Positions 29,314 to 39,146 are shown, numbered from the stretch's first letter. The stretch: 64,000 nt of DNA from Polyangiaceae bacterium (GCA_033763455.1 JANRKO010000019.1:32001-96000), one strand, 5' to 3'. Made by a program: numbers and translations. Notes: generated by a model from the sequence alone, not told the origin.

Positions 29314-30720
29314 CTAACCGCTCGCTTCGCATGACCGCTGGATGGCCGAGTAGTGAGCATGTGCGGCGCGCAACATATGCTCATGCTCCGGGCTGAATGT
29401 ATCGATAATATCGAGGGCCCCCACCGGCCCAGCGCGGAACGCCAGCCAATCAGCCAGCATCCCACGCGCGCGCGCCTCGCCCGATACTGACAGCTGGAGT
29501 TCTTCCCTCCACACATCCGCCACTGATGCGATCCCCAAACGATCGAGCTCATCAGCATCGAGCGCATACCAGCGAGCCCGCTTCAGGGCCTCGCTCACAT
29601 CTCCATGAGCCACGGTCACCTCGATCGCGCGCTCAGGATCCGCGAGCAGCCATACCAACTTATCGCGTCGGAGCGGAGCGTCCTTTGGCAGCGGAAAGGC
29701 CAGCTTGGCTCGCTCACCATCCGGTGGCCCAGGCACAACGAACCCAGCGTAGACCCAGCGCTCCGTTGGCGTACGGCGCCCGTAAAACATCCGAACCGCC
29801 TCGCCCGCAGTGTAGTTCATGCCGGCAACTGCACGCAGAGAGTTGCCCTCTAGGAATGTGCTCTCGGCGCCCAGCGTTTCGTCGTGGTCCAGCAGATCCC
29901 AAAGCGGCACCAGGGCGAGCTCATCGGGTACGGCGGTTTGGCGGGACGAAAGGATCGCCCCTGCCCAAAGCCAACGCTGCAGCGTGAACGCCTCGAGCGG
30001 TAGCGGGCGTTTGGCGGGCTCCGTCAGCCGTAAGCGGTGGTGCGCGATGCAATAAAGCTGCAGCACTCCGGCGAGGAAGCTTCTTCCCATGTTTGCAGCC
30101 ACGAGGTGTGAGCCAGGCGAACGCGGCCAGCTGAGCGCCGTTCCGGCCACTTCTCCGGGCAGCGCTGCAACATAAGGTGCCCACGTGTTGGTAGCCTCGT
30201 TTACGTAGCGGGCCCGGAGCAACCAAAGCATCAAATTGCCTGGCCCGAAAAGCGGTGCTTCTTGGAGCCATGGGCCCAATATCGGATCAGCGAAAACGTC
30301 GCCGTTGCGCAACATCGCACTCAACGGCACCTCAACCAACGTGGCGCCCCTGGCGATTGGCGCTGTCGCCTTAACGCTTGCACCCTTGGGTGTTGCGAGC
30401 AAACGCAGCCCGGGCGCGAACCGAACGCCGTGCAAGGCCGCCCACGCGGCCAGTGCATCTAACGCCTGTTGAGATACCGGGAGCGATGGTGGATCCATGG
30501 GTTGGCACTTTTGCACCAACGCCGAAGCTTCGTGCAAATCAGGGAGTTCGAAGCTCTCCGCGTCCCAGGCCACGGCACGCCGAAGCCCGGCGATGCGCGC
30601 GAGCAGATGGGCAAGATCATCGATCGCCGTTTGCGCCTGCGCCTCGGAAGAGGCTTCGTTGGGGGAGTCGGGTTCCAGGTGATCATCTGAGCTAAGGGCG
30701 GGGAGCGGAACAAGTGGCAA
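29314..30720 (-). CDS. SET-domain protein of the SETD3/Rubisco-LSMT type, putative actin-histidine N-methyltransferase
   Basis: WAPYVAALP, LPLEAFTLQRWLWAGAILSSRQ, ALVPLWDLLDH, AGEAVRMFYG, GFV and a C-terminal LSMT-like helical domain; TTG start uncertain. Confidence 0.82.
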   Translation of the reverse strand: MPLVPLPALSSDDHLEPDSPNEASSEAQAQTAIDDLAHLLARIAGLRRAVAWDAESFELPDLHEASALVQKCQPMDPPSLPVSQQALDALAAWAALHGVRFAPGLRLLATPKGASVKATAPIARGATLVEVPLSAMLRNGDVFADPILGPWLQEAPLFGPGNLMLWLLRARYVNEATNTWAPYVAALPGEVAGTALSWPRSPGSHLVAANMGRSFLAGVLQLYCIAHHRLRLTEPAKRPLPLEAFTLQRWLWAGAILSSRQTAVPDELALVPLWDLLDHDETLGAESTFLEGNSLRAVAGMNYTAGEAVRMFYGRRTPTERWVYAGFVVPGPPDGERAKLAFPLPKDAPLRRDKLVWLLADPERAIEVTVAHGDVSEALKRARWYALDADELDRLGIASVADVWREELQLSVSGEARARGMLADWLAFRAGPVGALDIIDTFSPEHEHMLRAAHAHYSAIQRSCEASG

Positions 30721-30889
30721 ACGAGGGAGCTGTTAAGTAGCAGGAGTGCAAATGTCCTGCGCAGGCATATTTTGAGGGCAAACAACCGTATTTTGACCTG
30801 GTACAGGCTGGTGATGGCACCCTACCATTTGAGTTGGATTTTCCCGCTATTGCGCAGAGTTGAAATCCCAGCCCGGAAATGGTGAACCT

Positions 30890-32620
30890 GTGAAGTTATC
30901 GCCCGTTTTACCCCTAGGGGTGGTCTTGGTCAGCCTCAGTGTTGGTTGCTCTGGGCTGTTTGAGTCTAACAGCGGCCGAAAGTCGTCCTCGAACGGCAAC
31001 GAGCCAGCCGAGGCCGGCACAACGCCTGCATCTCCCACAGACACGCCTCCAGGTCCGGGCCCAAGCGAAATGCCCACCGTGCCCACCGCGCCGTCGCCTG
31101 GCGCTTGCACGCTTCCGGGTACACCCCTTGCGGTGCAAACGCGCCGGCTTACCCCTCGGCAGTACCAAACGACACTGGAAGCCGGGCTTGGGTTGAGCTT
31201 GCAGCCGGCTGAATTGCCTCAGTTTCAAGACGACAATCCCACCATCGGGCTTGCCAACGATCCTCAGAAGCTGCGCATCACCACTGTCTCGGTAGACAGC
31301 CTTTATGCCTCGCTGCTTGCTGTGTCCAAGCGGTCACTGGCTAACGTTTCTGATGTGCAGAGTTGTATCTCAGCTACGGGCACGGCGTGCTTCGAACAAC
31401 TTATCGATAGCTTAGGTCAGAAGTTGTGGCGAAGGCCTGTGGCAGCGGAGGAAAAGGCGGATTTGTTAGCGGGGGTGGCGAGCGTAGCTGCGGCTTCCGG
31501 TACGCGCGAAGATCAGGCGGATTTTCTCTTGCAAGCGCTGCAGTTTTCCCCCAATACGCTGTACCGGCTGGAGCTGGGGGATGCGACGGGCAACCTCACT
31601 GATCAAGAGCTCGCTAGCCTGCTTTCGTACACATTTTGGGACGCACCCCCAGATGCGGCGCTGTTCGCGGCCGCTCAGGCCGGTACGCTTCACACCCCAG
31701 GGGTGCTGAAGTCTGAAGCTCAGCGTTTGGCTCAGGATCCCCGTTTCCCGAAGGCGGTTGCGGGCTTTCTTTGGGATTTTTTGAAGCTCGAGAATATCTA
31801 CACGAAAAAGAAAGACGATACGCTTGGCCTCACGCCAGCGGTACGTTCCACGCTGGCGGCCTCCGCATCGGGTACGCTCGACCAAGCGCTCACTAGCGGG
31901 CAAGCTTCGCTTCTCGACGTGTTCTCCGGGGTGAGTTTCCCCGTGAACGATGAATTGGCACCGTTTTTCGGAGTGCCGGCGGTTGGCACTAGCCAGCTAA
32001 CGCCTCAAAGCCTCAGCCCAGAGCAACGCCTCGGCATCCTCTCGCACCCGGGCTTTCTGACGGTTCACGCTGGGGAAGGCTCCACCAGCATCGTCAAACG
32101 TGGCGTATTCGTTTTGGAGCAGCTACTCGGCGTGAAGATCCCCGCTCCGCCGCCCAATGTTCAAGGCATTGACCCCGCCACCATTCCCAATCTCGATACC
32201 GCCACTACCAGTGCGCGTGAGCTCTTGAAGGTGACGCACAGCGCGCAGCCCGCGTGCAACGGTTGCCACTCCATCATCGATCCTGCCGGATTTGGCCTGG
32301 AGAATTTCGATACCGTGGGGCATTTCCGAACGGTTGAAAAGCAGACCGTGCCGATCGACGCCTCAGGTAGCATCACCGTTGGTTCTGAAACGTTAACCTA
32401 TACCAATAGTATCGAATATATCCGAGCGCTGAGCAGCTCTCAGGCGCTGCGCAATGCTGTGGTTGAGCATTACTTCGCCTACGCGCTCGGGCAACTTGGT
32501 GACGGGTGTGAAGCCCATCGATTTAGCGAGGCAATAGCAAAAGCAAACGACTCGCTTTCTGCACTTCCAACCGAGCTGGTTGCCACTCAAAGCTTTGTGC
32601 GCCGCGCGCCCACCCCTTGA
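30890..32620 (+). CDS. DUF1592/DUF1588-family lipoprotein with CxxCH motif
   Basis: Lipobox SVGC, RRLTPRQY, SPNTLYRLE, LSYTFWDAPPD, TSIVKRG, CNGCH, GFGLENFD. Confidence 0.9.
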   Translation: MKLSPVLPLGVVLVSLSVGCSGLFESNSGRKSSSNGNEPAEAGTTPASPTDTPPGPGPSEMPTVPTAPSPGACTLPGTPLAVQTRRLTPRQYQTTLEAGLGLSLQPAELPQFQDDNPTIGLANDPQKLRITTVSVDSLYASLLAVSKRSLANVSDVQSCISATGTACFEQLIDSLGQKLWRRPVAAEEKADLLAGVASVAAASGTREDQADFLLQALQFSPNTLYRLELGDATGNLTDQELASLLSYTFWDAPPDAALFAAAQAGTLHTPGVLKSEAQRLAQDPRFPKAVAGFLWDFLKLENIYTKKKDDTLGLTPAVRSTLAASASGTLDQALTSGQASLLDVFSGVSFPVNDELAPFFGVPAVGTSQLTPQSLSPEQRLGILSHPGFLTVHAGEGSTSIVKRGVFVLEQLLGVKIPAPPPNVQGIDPATIPNLDTATTSARELLKVTHSAQPACNGCHSIIDPAGFGLENFDTVGHFRTVEKQTVPIDASGSITVGSETLTYTNSIEYIRALSSSQALRNAVVEHYFAYALGQLGDGCEAHRFSEAIAKANDSLSALPTELVATQSFVRRAPTP

Positions 32621-32636
32621 AACTACGAGGCACGTC

Positions 32637-34067
32637 ATGAAATCCCCTCAACTGACTCGTCGCTCACTTCTGGCCGGCCTTGGTGCAGGCACGGCGCTCG
32701 GCTCGCTTTTCCTCGATTCCCCCGTGGCGCGTGGCCAGGCAAGCGCGGCGCCCGTGCGCCTCTTGTTGATCCCACTGCAGCATGGCTGGGGCAGAGATCG
32801 AAATTTTCAGAACTTCGCTGGCACTGAATCCACTTTTACGATCCCGGCTCCGCTCACGGGCTTGGAGGCAATCAAGCATCAATGCGTGTTTGTGGACGGC
32901 CTGCGCGGCACGCTCTGGGGCAACGCTCACGACGTTTCGTATTCAGATATCTTTACGGCTTCGGTGCCGTGGGATGAAGGCAGCTCAGCACAGCTCGGTG
33001 CACAGTTCCCCGAGCCCCTCGGGCCCTCGATTGATTGGCACATTGCCAATACGTTAAAGAAGAATGTGTTCCGTGGCTCGGCCGGGTATCAATCCTGGGG
33101 TAAGCCCTATCACCCGCTGTGTTTCGACTCAGCCGCGCAACAGCAGGCATTCTACACCAACGCCCGCCAAGCATTTGACGCCGTGGTGGCCCCTCTTGCG
33201 CCGCCAGCAAACCCAACGGATTTGGCCGTGCGTAATGCCGTGCGCAACAATGTTTTTTCGTACGTTGCCAAAGACATGGATCGACTGATCACGCGTCTGA
33301 GCGGCACAGAGAAGCTCAAGCTGGAGGGGCACCTGGCTGCCGTGAATGATTTGAACCGGCGCATAACCGGAGGTGGCGGGCTGGGCGGAGGCACTTTGGA
33401 GATCCCGCCGCGACCAGGCGATATGCAAGCCTTCGAAAAGGAGGTGGACGACTTCTTTGATATGGTTCGCGTGCTCTTCACCGCGGATACGCATCGCGTG
33501 GCGGTGTTGGGCTTAGGGGAGCAGGTCAAAGATTGGACATGGACGGACGCGGCCAATAAGGCACAGGTTGGCAATATTTGGAATCTCGAGGGTTTCCATC
33601 ACGACGTTGCTCACCATGGCGATAAAGCCGACCAAAGGCGCTCTTTCGAAGGTTGGGCGGCTTGGTATGTGCGAAAGATTGTCTCGTTTGTGCAGCGCCT
33701 AGAGCAAACGCCAGATGTAGATGGCCGCATGCTCATCGATAACACGATTATTGTACTCACCGGCGAAGTTGAGACAGGAGAGCACGACACGCGCTGCAAG
33801 CTTCACACGGTGATCGGTGGGGGCGGCGGTATCCGGCGTGGGCGTTGGCTGAAGCTTCCGGATGTGGAGCCACGAAGTCGCGGCGGTGTGTTCATCGGCG
33901 GCAAGGATCGCGCGGGCACTACGATTGAGTCCGGCATCAACTACGGGTTGCCGTTTGGCCGACACCACCATGCCGATCTGTGGGTCACCATCGCCCGCCT
34001 GTGCGGTGCCCCTGTGGATACTTTTGGTACGGATATTTACAACTTCAGCCCGATATCACTCACTTAG
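32637..34067 (+). CDS. DUF1552-family protein with Tat signal
   Basis: TRRSLL signal, PSID, EKLKLEGHL, HHDVAH, LIDNT; usual partner of DUF1592. Confidence 0.85.
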   Translation: MKSPQLTRRSLLAGLGAGTALGSLFLDSPVARGQASAAPVRLLLIPLQHGWGRDRNFQNFAGTESTFTIPAPLTGLEAIKHQCVFVDGLRGTLWGNAHDVSYSDIFTASVPWDEGSSAQLGAQFPEPLGPSIDWHIANTLKKNVFRGSAGYQSWGKPYHPLCFDSAAQQQAFYTNARQAFDAVVAPLAPPANPTDLAVRNAVRNNVFSYVAKDMDRLITRLSGTEKLKLEGHLAAVNDLNRRITGGGGLGGGTLEIPPRPGDMQAFEKEVDDFFDMVRVLFTADTHRVAVLGLGEQVKDWTWTDAANKAQVGNIWNLEGFHHDVAHHGDKADQRRSFEGWAAWYVRKIVSFVQRLEQTPDVDGRMLIDNTIIVLTGEVETGEHDTRCKLHTVIGGGGGIRRGRWLKLPDVEPRSRGGVFIGGKDRAGTTIESGINYGLPFGRHHHADLWVTIARLCGAPVDTFGTDIYNFSPISLT

Positions 34068-34155
34068 CGGACGGGCCCTCGGTTCAGCGCCGAAGCGTCG
34101 GGCCTTAGACGCAAGCCTCCATACGAGGATCAGCTGGATGTGGTAACGGTATTGG

Positions 34156-34863
34156 GTGCTGAAGCGAGGCGTGTTTGCCCACCCGTGGACATCTAACGTC
34201 GCACTCTGGGCGGGGGTGGCGTTATTGGGATGTTGGCGCGCCGAGAGGCGCTCTGTGCTGGAGGCAGGAGGTGAGGGTGGTGGTGGTGGCGCAGCCACGG
34301 TTGCTGAACCACCCTGTACGGTGCCCTGTATGCCGTTGTTCGACGGCGCAGATGCTTCCGGGTGGAGTTACCTCGGCGGTGGCGAAATGCGACTTCTAGA
34401 TGGCTACGCGCGGACTCACGGGGACGGCGTTTCGCTGGGACTTTGGTATTACTCCCTTAGAACATTCAAGAATTTTGAGCTCAATGTGGAGTTTCGCCAA
34501 TCGGTAGTGGGTGCAAATTCTGGCGTGTTTGTGAGGTTCCCGGATCCGCGAGGCAACGTGCTTCGTCCCATAAGCCAAGGGTACGAGGTCCAGATCGCCC
34601 GCGCACCGGGTACCAGCGAAAGCACGGGGGCTATTTACTCTTTTCAGGCCGCGGATCCGAAAGGTGAGCTCACCGAACCAGGGCTTTTCAATCAACTCCA
34701 GATCCGCGTGGTGGATCAGAATTATGAAGTTAGCTTAAATGGGCAGCTGATTAATTCGTTTGTCGGGCGCCGCAACCTGGAAGGCTACGTTGGTATTCAG
34801 GTCCACGATTCACCGACAGATATCGTGGACGTCCGTCGAGTTGAGATTACCGACCTTCCCTAG
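34156..34863 (+). CDS. DUF1080 (3-keto-disaccharide hydrolase family) lipoprotein
   Basis: LFDG..SGW, FKNFEL, ANSGVFVR, GYEVQI, TGAIY, GYVGIQVH. Confidence 0.9.
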   Translation: MLKRGVFAHPWTSNVALWAGVALLGCWRAERRSVLEAGGEGGGGGAATVAEPPCTVPCMPLFDGADASGWSYLGGGEMRLLDGYARTHGDGVSLGLWYYSLRTFKNFELNVEFRQSVVGANSGVFVRFPDPRGNVLRPISQGYEVQIARAPGTSESTGAIYSFQAADPKGELTEPGLFNQLQIRVVDQNYEVSLNGQLINSFVGRRNLEGYVGIQVHDSPTDIVDVRRVEITDLP

Positions 34864-34888
34864 ACAGGTCGGCGCTAGGGAAGGTCGG
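34850..34888. terminator. Hairpin between convergent genes, likely terminator
   Basis: Perfect 14-bp inverted repeat CCGACCTTCCCTAG / CTAGGGAAGGTCGG; no clear U-tract. Confidence 0.6.
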
Positions 34889-34908
34889 CAGGGCGCGAAC
34901 GTGTCCGC

Positions 34909-36969
34909 TTAGAGTGATTCCATGTAGGCAACCAAATCTTGCACTTCGGTGGCCCCTAGACTTGAAGTGTGCCCGTGCAGATCCCCTCCGCCACACGAGG
35001 TATCGGTGAAACGCGCCGACAGCGTTGGCGCACAGCCGTCGTGCATGAAAGGCGCACGGCGCGAAATGCCAATGAGGGACGGGGTTTGAAGGGCGGGCTC
35101 CCCGTTACGAACCTGACGATTCAGGTTATCGGTGAGCTTGGCTCCTGAGTGGCAGCCCGAACAGCCCACTTCTGCGGACTCAAACAAGGCCTTGCCGCGC
35201 TGGACCGCAGGATCGCCCGAGATGCGCGGGCTAGGAGGAGCTTTGAGACCAAAGAGCCAGCCTTCCAAGGCCTTGAGGCGTTCGGGGCTTTGGAAGACCC
35301 CGCCCATACGACGGACGAAGACTTCATCCACGAGGGCACTCATCCCACCCAAGTCACCGTCCCAGTGAAATGGTTGAGTTTCCGCGAGCCCATTGTGCAG
35401 CGACTGAGTGCGGCGCGAGCCGATGCCTGAGAACTTCCAAACACGCCCATCTTCAGTTCCTTCGGGGTGACAGGAAGCACAGGCGATTCCAGCCCCAGAA
35501 TCGCGGTTGAAAATATCGTGACCAGTGTCCCTCACCGAGATCCCACCCAGGTCAACCACTCTCCAACCCGGAAACGTGCCCGTTGTGGTAAATCCGTTCA
35601 CAACCTCGGCCACCTTGTCGACGATGTAGAGGCGCGCGGGCTCTCGTGATTGCACGACGAGCTGCTCGGAGTTCGCAGGGCTGAATGCCACCGCAATAGG
35701 TTGTGCCTCGGTCGGCACGTTCACGGGGGTGCCGAAGCTACACCCAAGGTTGGCGTCCGTGTCGGTCGGAACCTGCGACCCACTGTAGAGCATCACGCTG
35801 CCAGCCGAGAATGGACCGAAGGAGGGCACAGGCGGGGCGGAGAAGGTCCCACCAGTGCCAGGCTGTCCAAAGGACGGTTGCGGCGTATTAACGTCGGCCA
35901 AGCCAGCCGATGCGGTCGCGATCCACGAGCCATTCGGGGAACTGGCGAGATCCACCGCGAGCACCGCACCGCTGAGCGATGTATTCGCTTGGAGTTGCGT
36001 AGCACCGACAGTGGAGAAGCCGGTGAGTTCGCTCTGCACAATGGATTCGCAGGGAAACGAATTGGCACCGGCTCCGTACGGGCTGGGCGCCTCTGGCTCT
36101 TTCTTGCCGATGTCGAGTACGGCATCGGTTGCTACCTGGTGAAGCATGAGAAGCTGACCGCTGGAGGAGGCGAGCGTGCGGTAGGCTGCGGTAGGCTCAA
36201 ATGTGGTGGCGAGAGGACCTTCGGGTGCTCCGGAGTGAAGCGTTCCTGGAACCGCACGGGGGCGCATGCGCCCAATCTCGGCGCCCAGCTTCGACAGGAC
36301 GATAAGCTCCGGCGAGCGGAATCGACTAACGACAATGTCCGTGCCTCTGACCACGACATCTCGCAAATCAGTTTCAATAAACTGCCGTGTTTTGGGCTCG
36401 CCACCGGCTGTGGGAAATGCGACCAGATCTCCGTCGGCACAAGCAACGTACACAAGATCGGTGGAGCTATCGACAGCGATACCGCGGGGCGAACCGCACA
36501 CGGCTCGGCGGAAAAGCACGCTGTGCGCCACTGGATCTAGGCTCACGATGGCACCTCCACCACGTAGGATGGCGTGCACTCTACCTTCAGGATCTTGCAC
36601 CAGGCGCCCCGGCTCATCTCCCGCATTGACCGAAACAACGCCTTCAACTTTGCCTGAGGCCATGCCAACGAAAAGGAACCTATCGCGATCTGGATCCGCA
36701 ACGACTGCGGTGGCGCCGCTATTGGTGATAAGAAGAGTGCCTCCGCTAATCGGGGGCGGAGGTTTGGCAGCAACAACTGGCGGGCGAGTGTCCGTAGGGA
36801 TGACCCGCGCGAAAGCGGCCTTGCCACCGGACCCATCAGGGCCGAACTGCTCCGGTACGGGCAGCGTCGCCCCTGTGCCCGTTGCATCTGCGGAGCAGCC
36901 CTCCACAAGGAGCAGTGCGACCAAGGGCAAGGTTGCGGTAAAGACGCGTAGATGCCTTAAATTCAACAT
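34909..36969 (-). CDS. Lipoprotein with beta-propeller region and di-haem cytochrome c (peroxidase-like) domain
   Basis: EGC lipobox, two haem motifs CASCH and CSGCH, PFHWDG, TPSL, APFMHDG. Confidence 0.85.
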   Translation of the reverse strand: MLNLRHLRVFTATLPLVALLLVEGCSADATGTGATLPVPEQFGPDGSGGKAAFARVIPTDTRPPVVAAKPPPPISGGTLLITNSGATAVVADPDRDRFLFVGMASGKVEGVVSVNAGDEPGRLVQDPEGRVHAILRGGGAIVSLDPVAHSVLFRRAVCGSPRGIAVDSSTDLVYVACADGDLVAFPTAGGEPKTRQFIETDLRDVVVRGTDIVVSRFRSPELIVLSKLGAEIGRMRPRAVPGTLHSGAPEGPLATTFEPTAAYRTLASSSGQLLMLHQVATDAVLDIGKKEPEAPSPYGAGANSFPCESIVQSELTGFSTVGATQLQANTSLSGAVLAVDLASSPNGSWIATASAGLADVNTPQPSFGQPGTGGTFSAPPVPSFGPFSAGSVMLYSGSQVPTDTDANLGCSFGTPVNVPTEAQPIAVAFSPANSEQLVVQSREPARLYIVDKVAEVVNGFTTTGTFPGWRVVDLGGISVRDTGHDIFNRDSGAGIACASCHPEGTEDGRVWKFSGIGSRRTQSLHNGLAETQPFHWDGDLGGMSALVDEVFVRRMGGVFQSPERLKALEGWLFGLKAPPSPRISGDPAVQRGKALFESAEVGCSGCHSGAKLTDNLNRQVRNGEPALQTPSLIGISRRAPFMHDGCAPTLSARFTDTSCGGGDLHGHTSSLGATEVQDLVAYMESL

Positions 36970-37129
36970 GCTGATCCCTTTCATGAACGAGCTGGTCCGC
37001 TCACCTGGGTGATGTCGAAAGCATATTAGTTTGATCACCCTATAAGTGTCAGCTTATTCAGACGCGTCCCGGCTTGAACCGCATTGGCAAGGCCTGGAGC
37101 TATGTGCGCCAGCGAGGGTTAACCCTTGT

Positions 37130-37561
37130 TCAGGACTCCGAGGGAGCGGCCTCGCAGGCGCCGGGCACAGGAGCTAGATCTTTACCGAGTAAGAACGCCG
37201 CGGGGCGGAAGGCGGTGCCCACTTTGACGAAGAGCTTCGCGGTTCCCTGGTACACGCAACCCGTGATGTCAGGCTCCCATTCTTCGGACCCGCTGTAGCG
37301 AAAATCGATAACAAACGGGACGAACTTTGCACCCTTGCTGTCTTGGGCAAGCTTCGCTTCCAAGATGCGTATGCGGCGCTCGCGTGGTGGGGGCCGACCG
37401 CGAGAAAAACGGCTCCCTTTCTGTTCGCGCGCGGCGAGCGGCTTGACGAGCCCCTGATCCACCCGGAGCTTCGCCCACTCCGAAAGCGAGGGTTCAGCCG
37501 CTGCGAGCGATGGAGCCAGAAGTAGAACGACTGCGCAGAACGAGGAACGATGAAAGCCCAT
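37130..37561 (-). CDS. Hypothetical secreted protein
   Basis: Signal peptide ending AAA; two Cys in the mature part. Confidence 0.65.
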   Translation of the reverse strand: MGFHRSSFCAVVLLLAPSLAAAEPSLSEWAKLRVDQGLVKPLAAREQKGSRFSRGRPPPRERRIRILEAKLAQDSKGAKFVPFVIDFRYSGSEEWEPDITGCVYQGTAKLFVKVGTAFRPAAFLLGKDLAPVPGACEAAPSES

Positions 37562-38222
37562 GGTAGATCCTTTGCAACGCGTGGATGAATTGAGTGAACG
37601 AGAAAGCGAATCGCCTCGATACCGCTTCGGCGACTAAGGCGCTGAGAATGACGGGCACCCATAGAGCGATTACGTAAGCCACGTCCGGATTAACGCCTGC
37701 CTCATCGAAACCGATGAGCATTGCACGCGACGTGACGGCCACGCTCATCTGGGCGATGACGTGGCGCATGGCTCTGCTGTGTGAGATCATGTCACGTCGC
37801 CGTGCTGCGCGAATGCCGTAAGCCATGCAGCCCGCGACAATGGCGCCGGATAGTAAAAAGCCCGCAGTTACGCCGGCTCCGCCCTTAGCGTCGAACGCAA
37901 GTACGGCACCCGAGGGCACCAACCCCAGCAGAACCAAGACACCCGCTAACCGCCCCTGATAGCGGTGCCAGCGGGGGCGGCGCTGAAGCCAGCGCATCGT
38001 CAACATCAAACACAGCGGGAACGAAACCAGAGCGGCGGCTACGTGCACCTTGAGCGCCGGGAGCCAAAGCGACTCGAACTTCACCACCGGTAGGCGCTCG
38101 ATGATGAAAGGCGCCAGCGTGTCCGGATCAAAATACTCCAGGCTTGCCGCTGTGATCGCGGCCGACCCCGCGAACATTACAGCTAAAAAGAGCCCTCGAA
38201 GAATTCCCGCAAAGACGCGCAT
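37494..38222 (-). CDS. DUF2306-like membrane protein
   Basis: HV, WHRYQGR, HSRAMR motifs between TM helices. Confidence 0.75.
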   Translation of the reverse strand: MRVFAGILRGLFLAVMFAGSAAITAASLEYFDPDTLAPFIIERLPVVKFESLWLPALKVHVAAALVSFPLCLMLTMRWLQRRPRWHRYQGRLAGVLVLLGLVPSGAVLAFDAKGGAGVTAGFLLSGAIVAGCMAYGIRAARRRDMISHSRAMRHVIAQMSVAVTSRAMLIGFDEAGVNPDVAYVIALWVPVILSALVAEAVSRRFAFSFTQFIHALQRIYHGLSSFLVLRSRSTSGSIARSG

Positions 38223-38336
38223 TTTGCCTTGGACTCTACGTGCCCCCAAAGATTTGCTTCCCCGAGGCGCCCAAAATCACATTTTTGTTGGCGCATTCGA
38301 TTGAATGAAATGACGCGCACCTACGTATGCACCGGC

Positions 38337-39146
38337 TCAGCGCCAGCGGCTTGGAGGTACTCCGAGGTGGGCGCGGAACTGAGCGCTGAACTCGAAGGGT
38401 GAGGGGTAGCCGAGCTCAGCAGCCACAGACTGCACGCTGCGGCCGGCTCGAAGCAGGGCGCAGGCATGGTCGATGCGGCGCCGGATGCGGTAGCGGTGCG
38501 GGGGTAAGCCGGTGCGGTTACGGAATTCTTTGCGGAATCGTTCATAGTCGAGGCCCCGTGAGTTGCACCAGGCTGCGAGATCCAGGCGACGTGAGCTTTG
38601 CTCGGCCAGCAAGCGGCAGGCTTCCTCGATGGGATCGGTTGCGCGGGCTGGCGGTTCGGCGCTGGCCATGGCGGTGACACTGATGTCGATGATGCGGGCC
38701 ACCTGCTGGGGCAACTGGCGTTCGCTGGCGGCGGCGAGCTCTCCTACCAGATCTAACATGCGGCTCCTCACGTGCGTGCCCGGCGGGAGCGACCATGCCG
38801 GCGGATTGATGGGCAATACACCAAGTTCGGCGAGCGGCTGGTGCAACTGTGGCCCGAGCTCGACGAAGACCTCCAACCAGTTCGAGGAGGGGTCAATATA
38901 CGTGGAGTGCGCTGTGTTGGGAAGGCGCTGAAAGCACCACCCAGGGGCCAAATTCCAGGCATTCCCATGTTGGTCAAGGTAACGCCCACGGCCACGCAAT
39001 ACGAGGATGAGTGACCACGCCACCATGCGTTTCTCGCGTTCGTCCACCGCGACTCCGGATTTGTCCAGGACGCCGGCGCCGATGCGGTCGTAGGTGCCGT
39101 GTCCGAGGGCACGATAGACGTTACGCACGGGAATGTTCTTTTCCAT
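38337..39146 (-). CDS. AraC-family transcriptional regulator
   Basis: C-terminal FRNRTGLPP...VAAELGYPSPFEFSAQFRAHLGVPPSRWR; divergent from the GH2 gene; start uncertain. Confidence 0.92.
   Translation of the reverse strand: MEKNIPVRNVYRALGHGTYDRIGAGVLDKSGVAVDEREKRMVAWSLILVLRGRGRYLDQHGNAWNLAPGWCFQRLPNTAHSTYIDPSSNWLEVFVELGPQLHQPLAELGVLPINPPAWSLPPGTHVRSRMLDLVGELAAASERQLPQQVARIIDISVTAMASAEPPARATDPIEEACRLLAEQSSRRLDLAAWCNSRGLDYERFRKEFRNRTGLPPHRYRIRRRIDHACALLRAGRSVQSVAAELGYPSPFEFSAQFRAHLGVPPSRWR

Noticed and set aside
26851..30720. Simple eukaryotic contamination
   Set aside because: No introns, operon-like spacing, bacterial Tat signal and ribosome-binding site, seamless bacterial flanks; not formally excluded without reads
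35650..37012. Long antisense or alternate-frame ORFs here and over smc, rpsA and the GH2 gene
   Set aside because: Shadows of well-supported genes, expected in high-GC DNA
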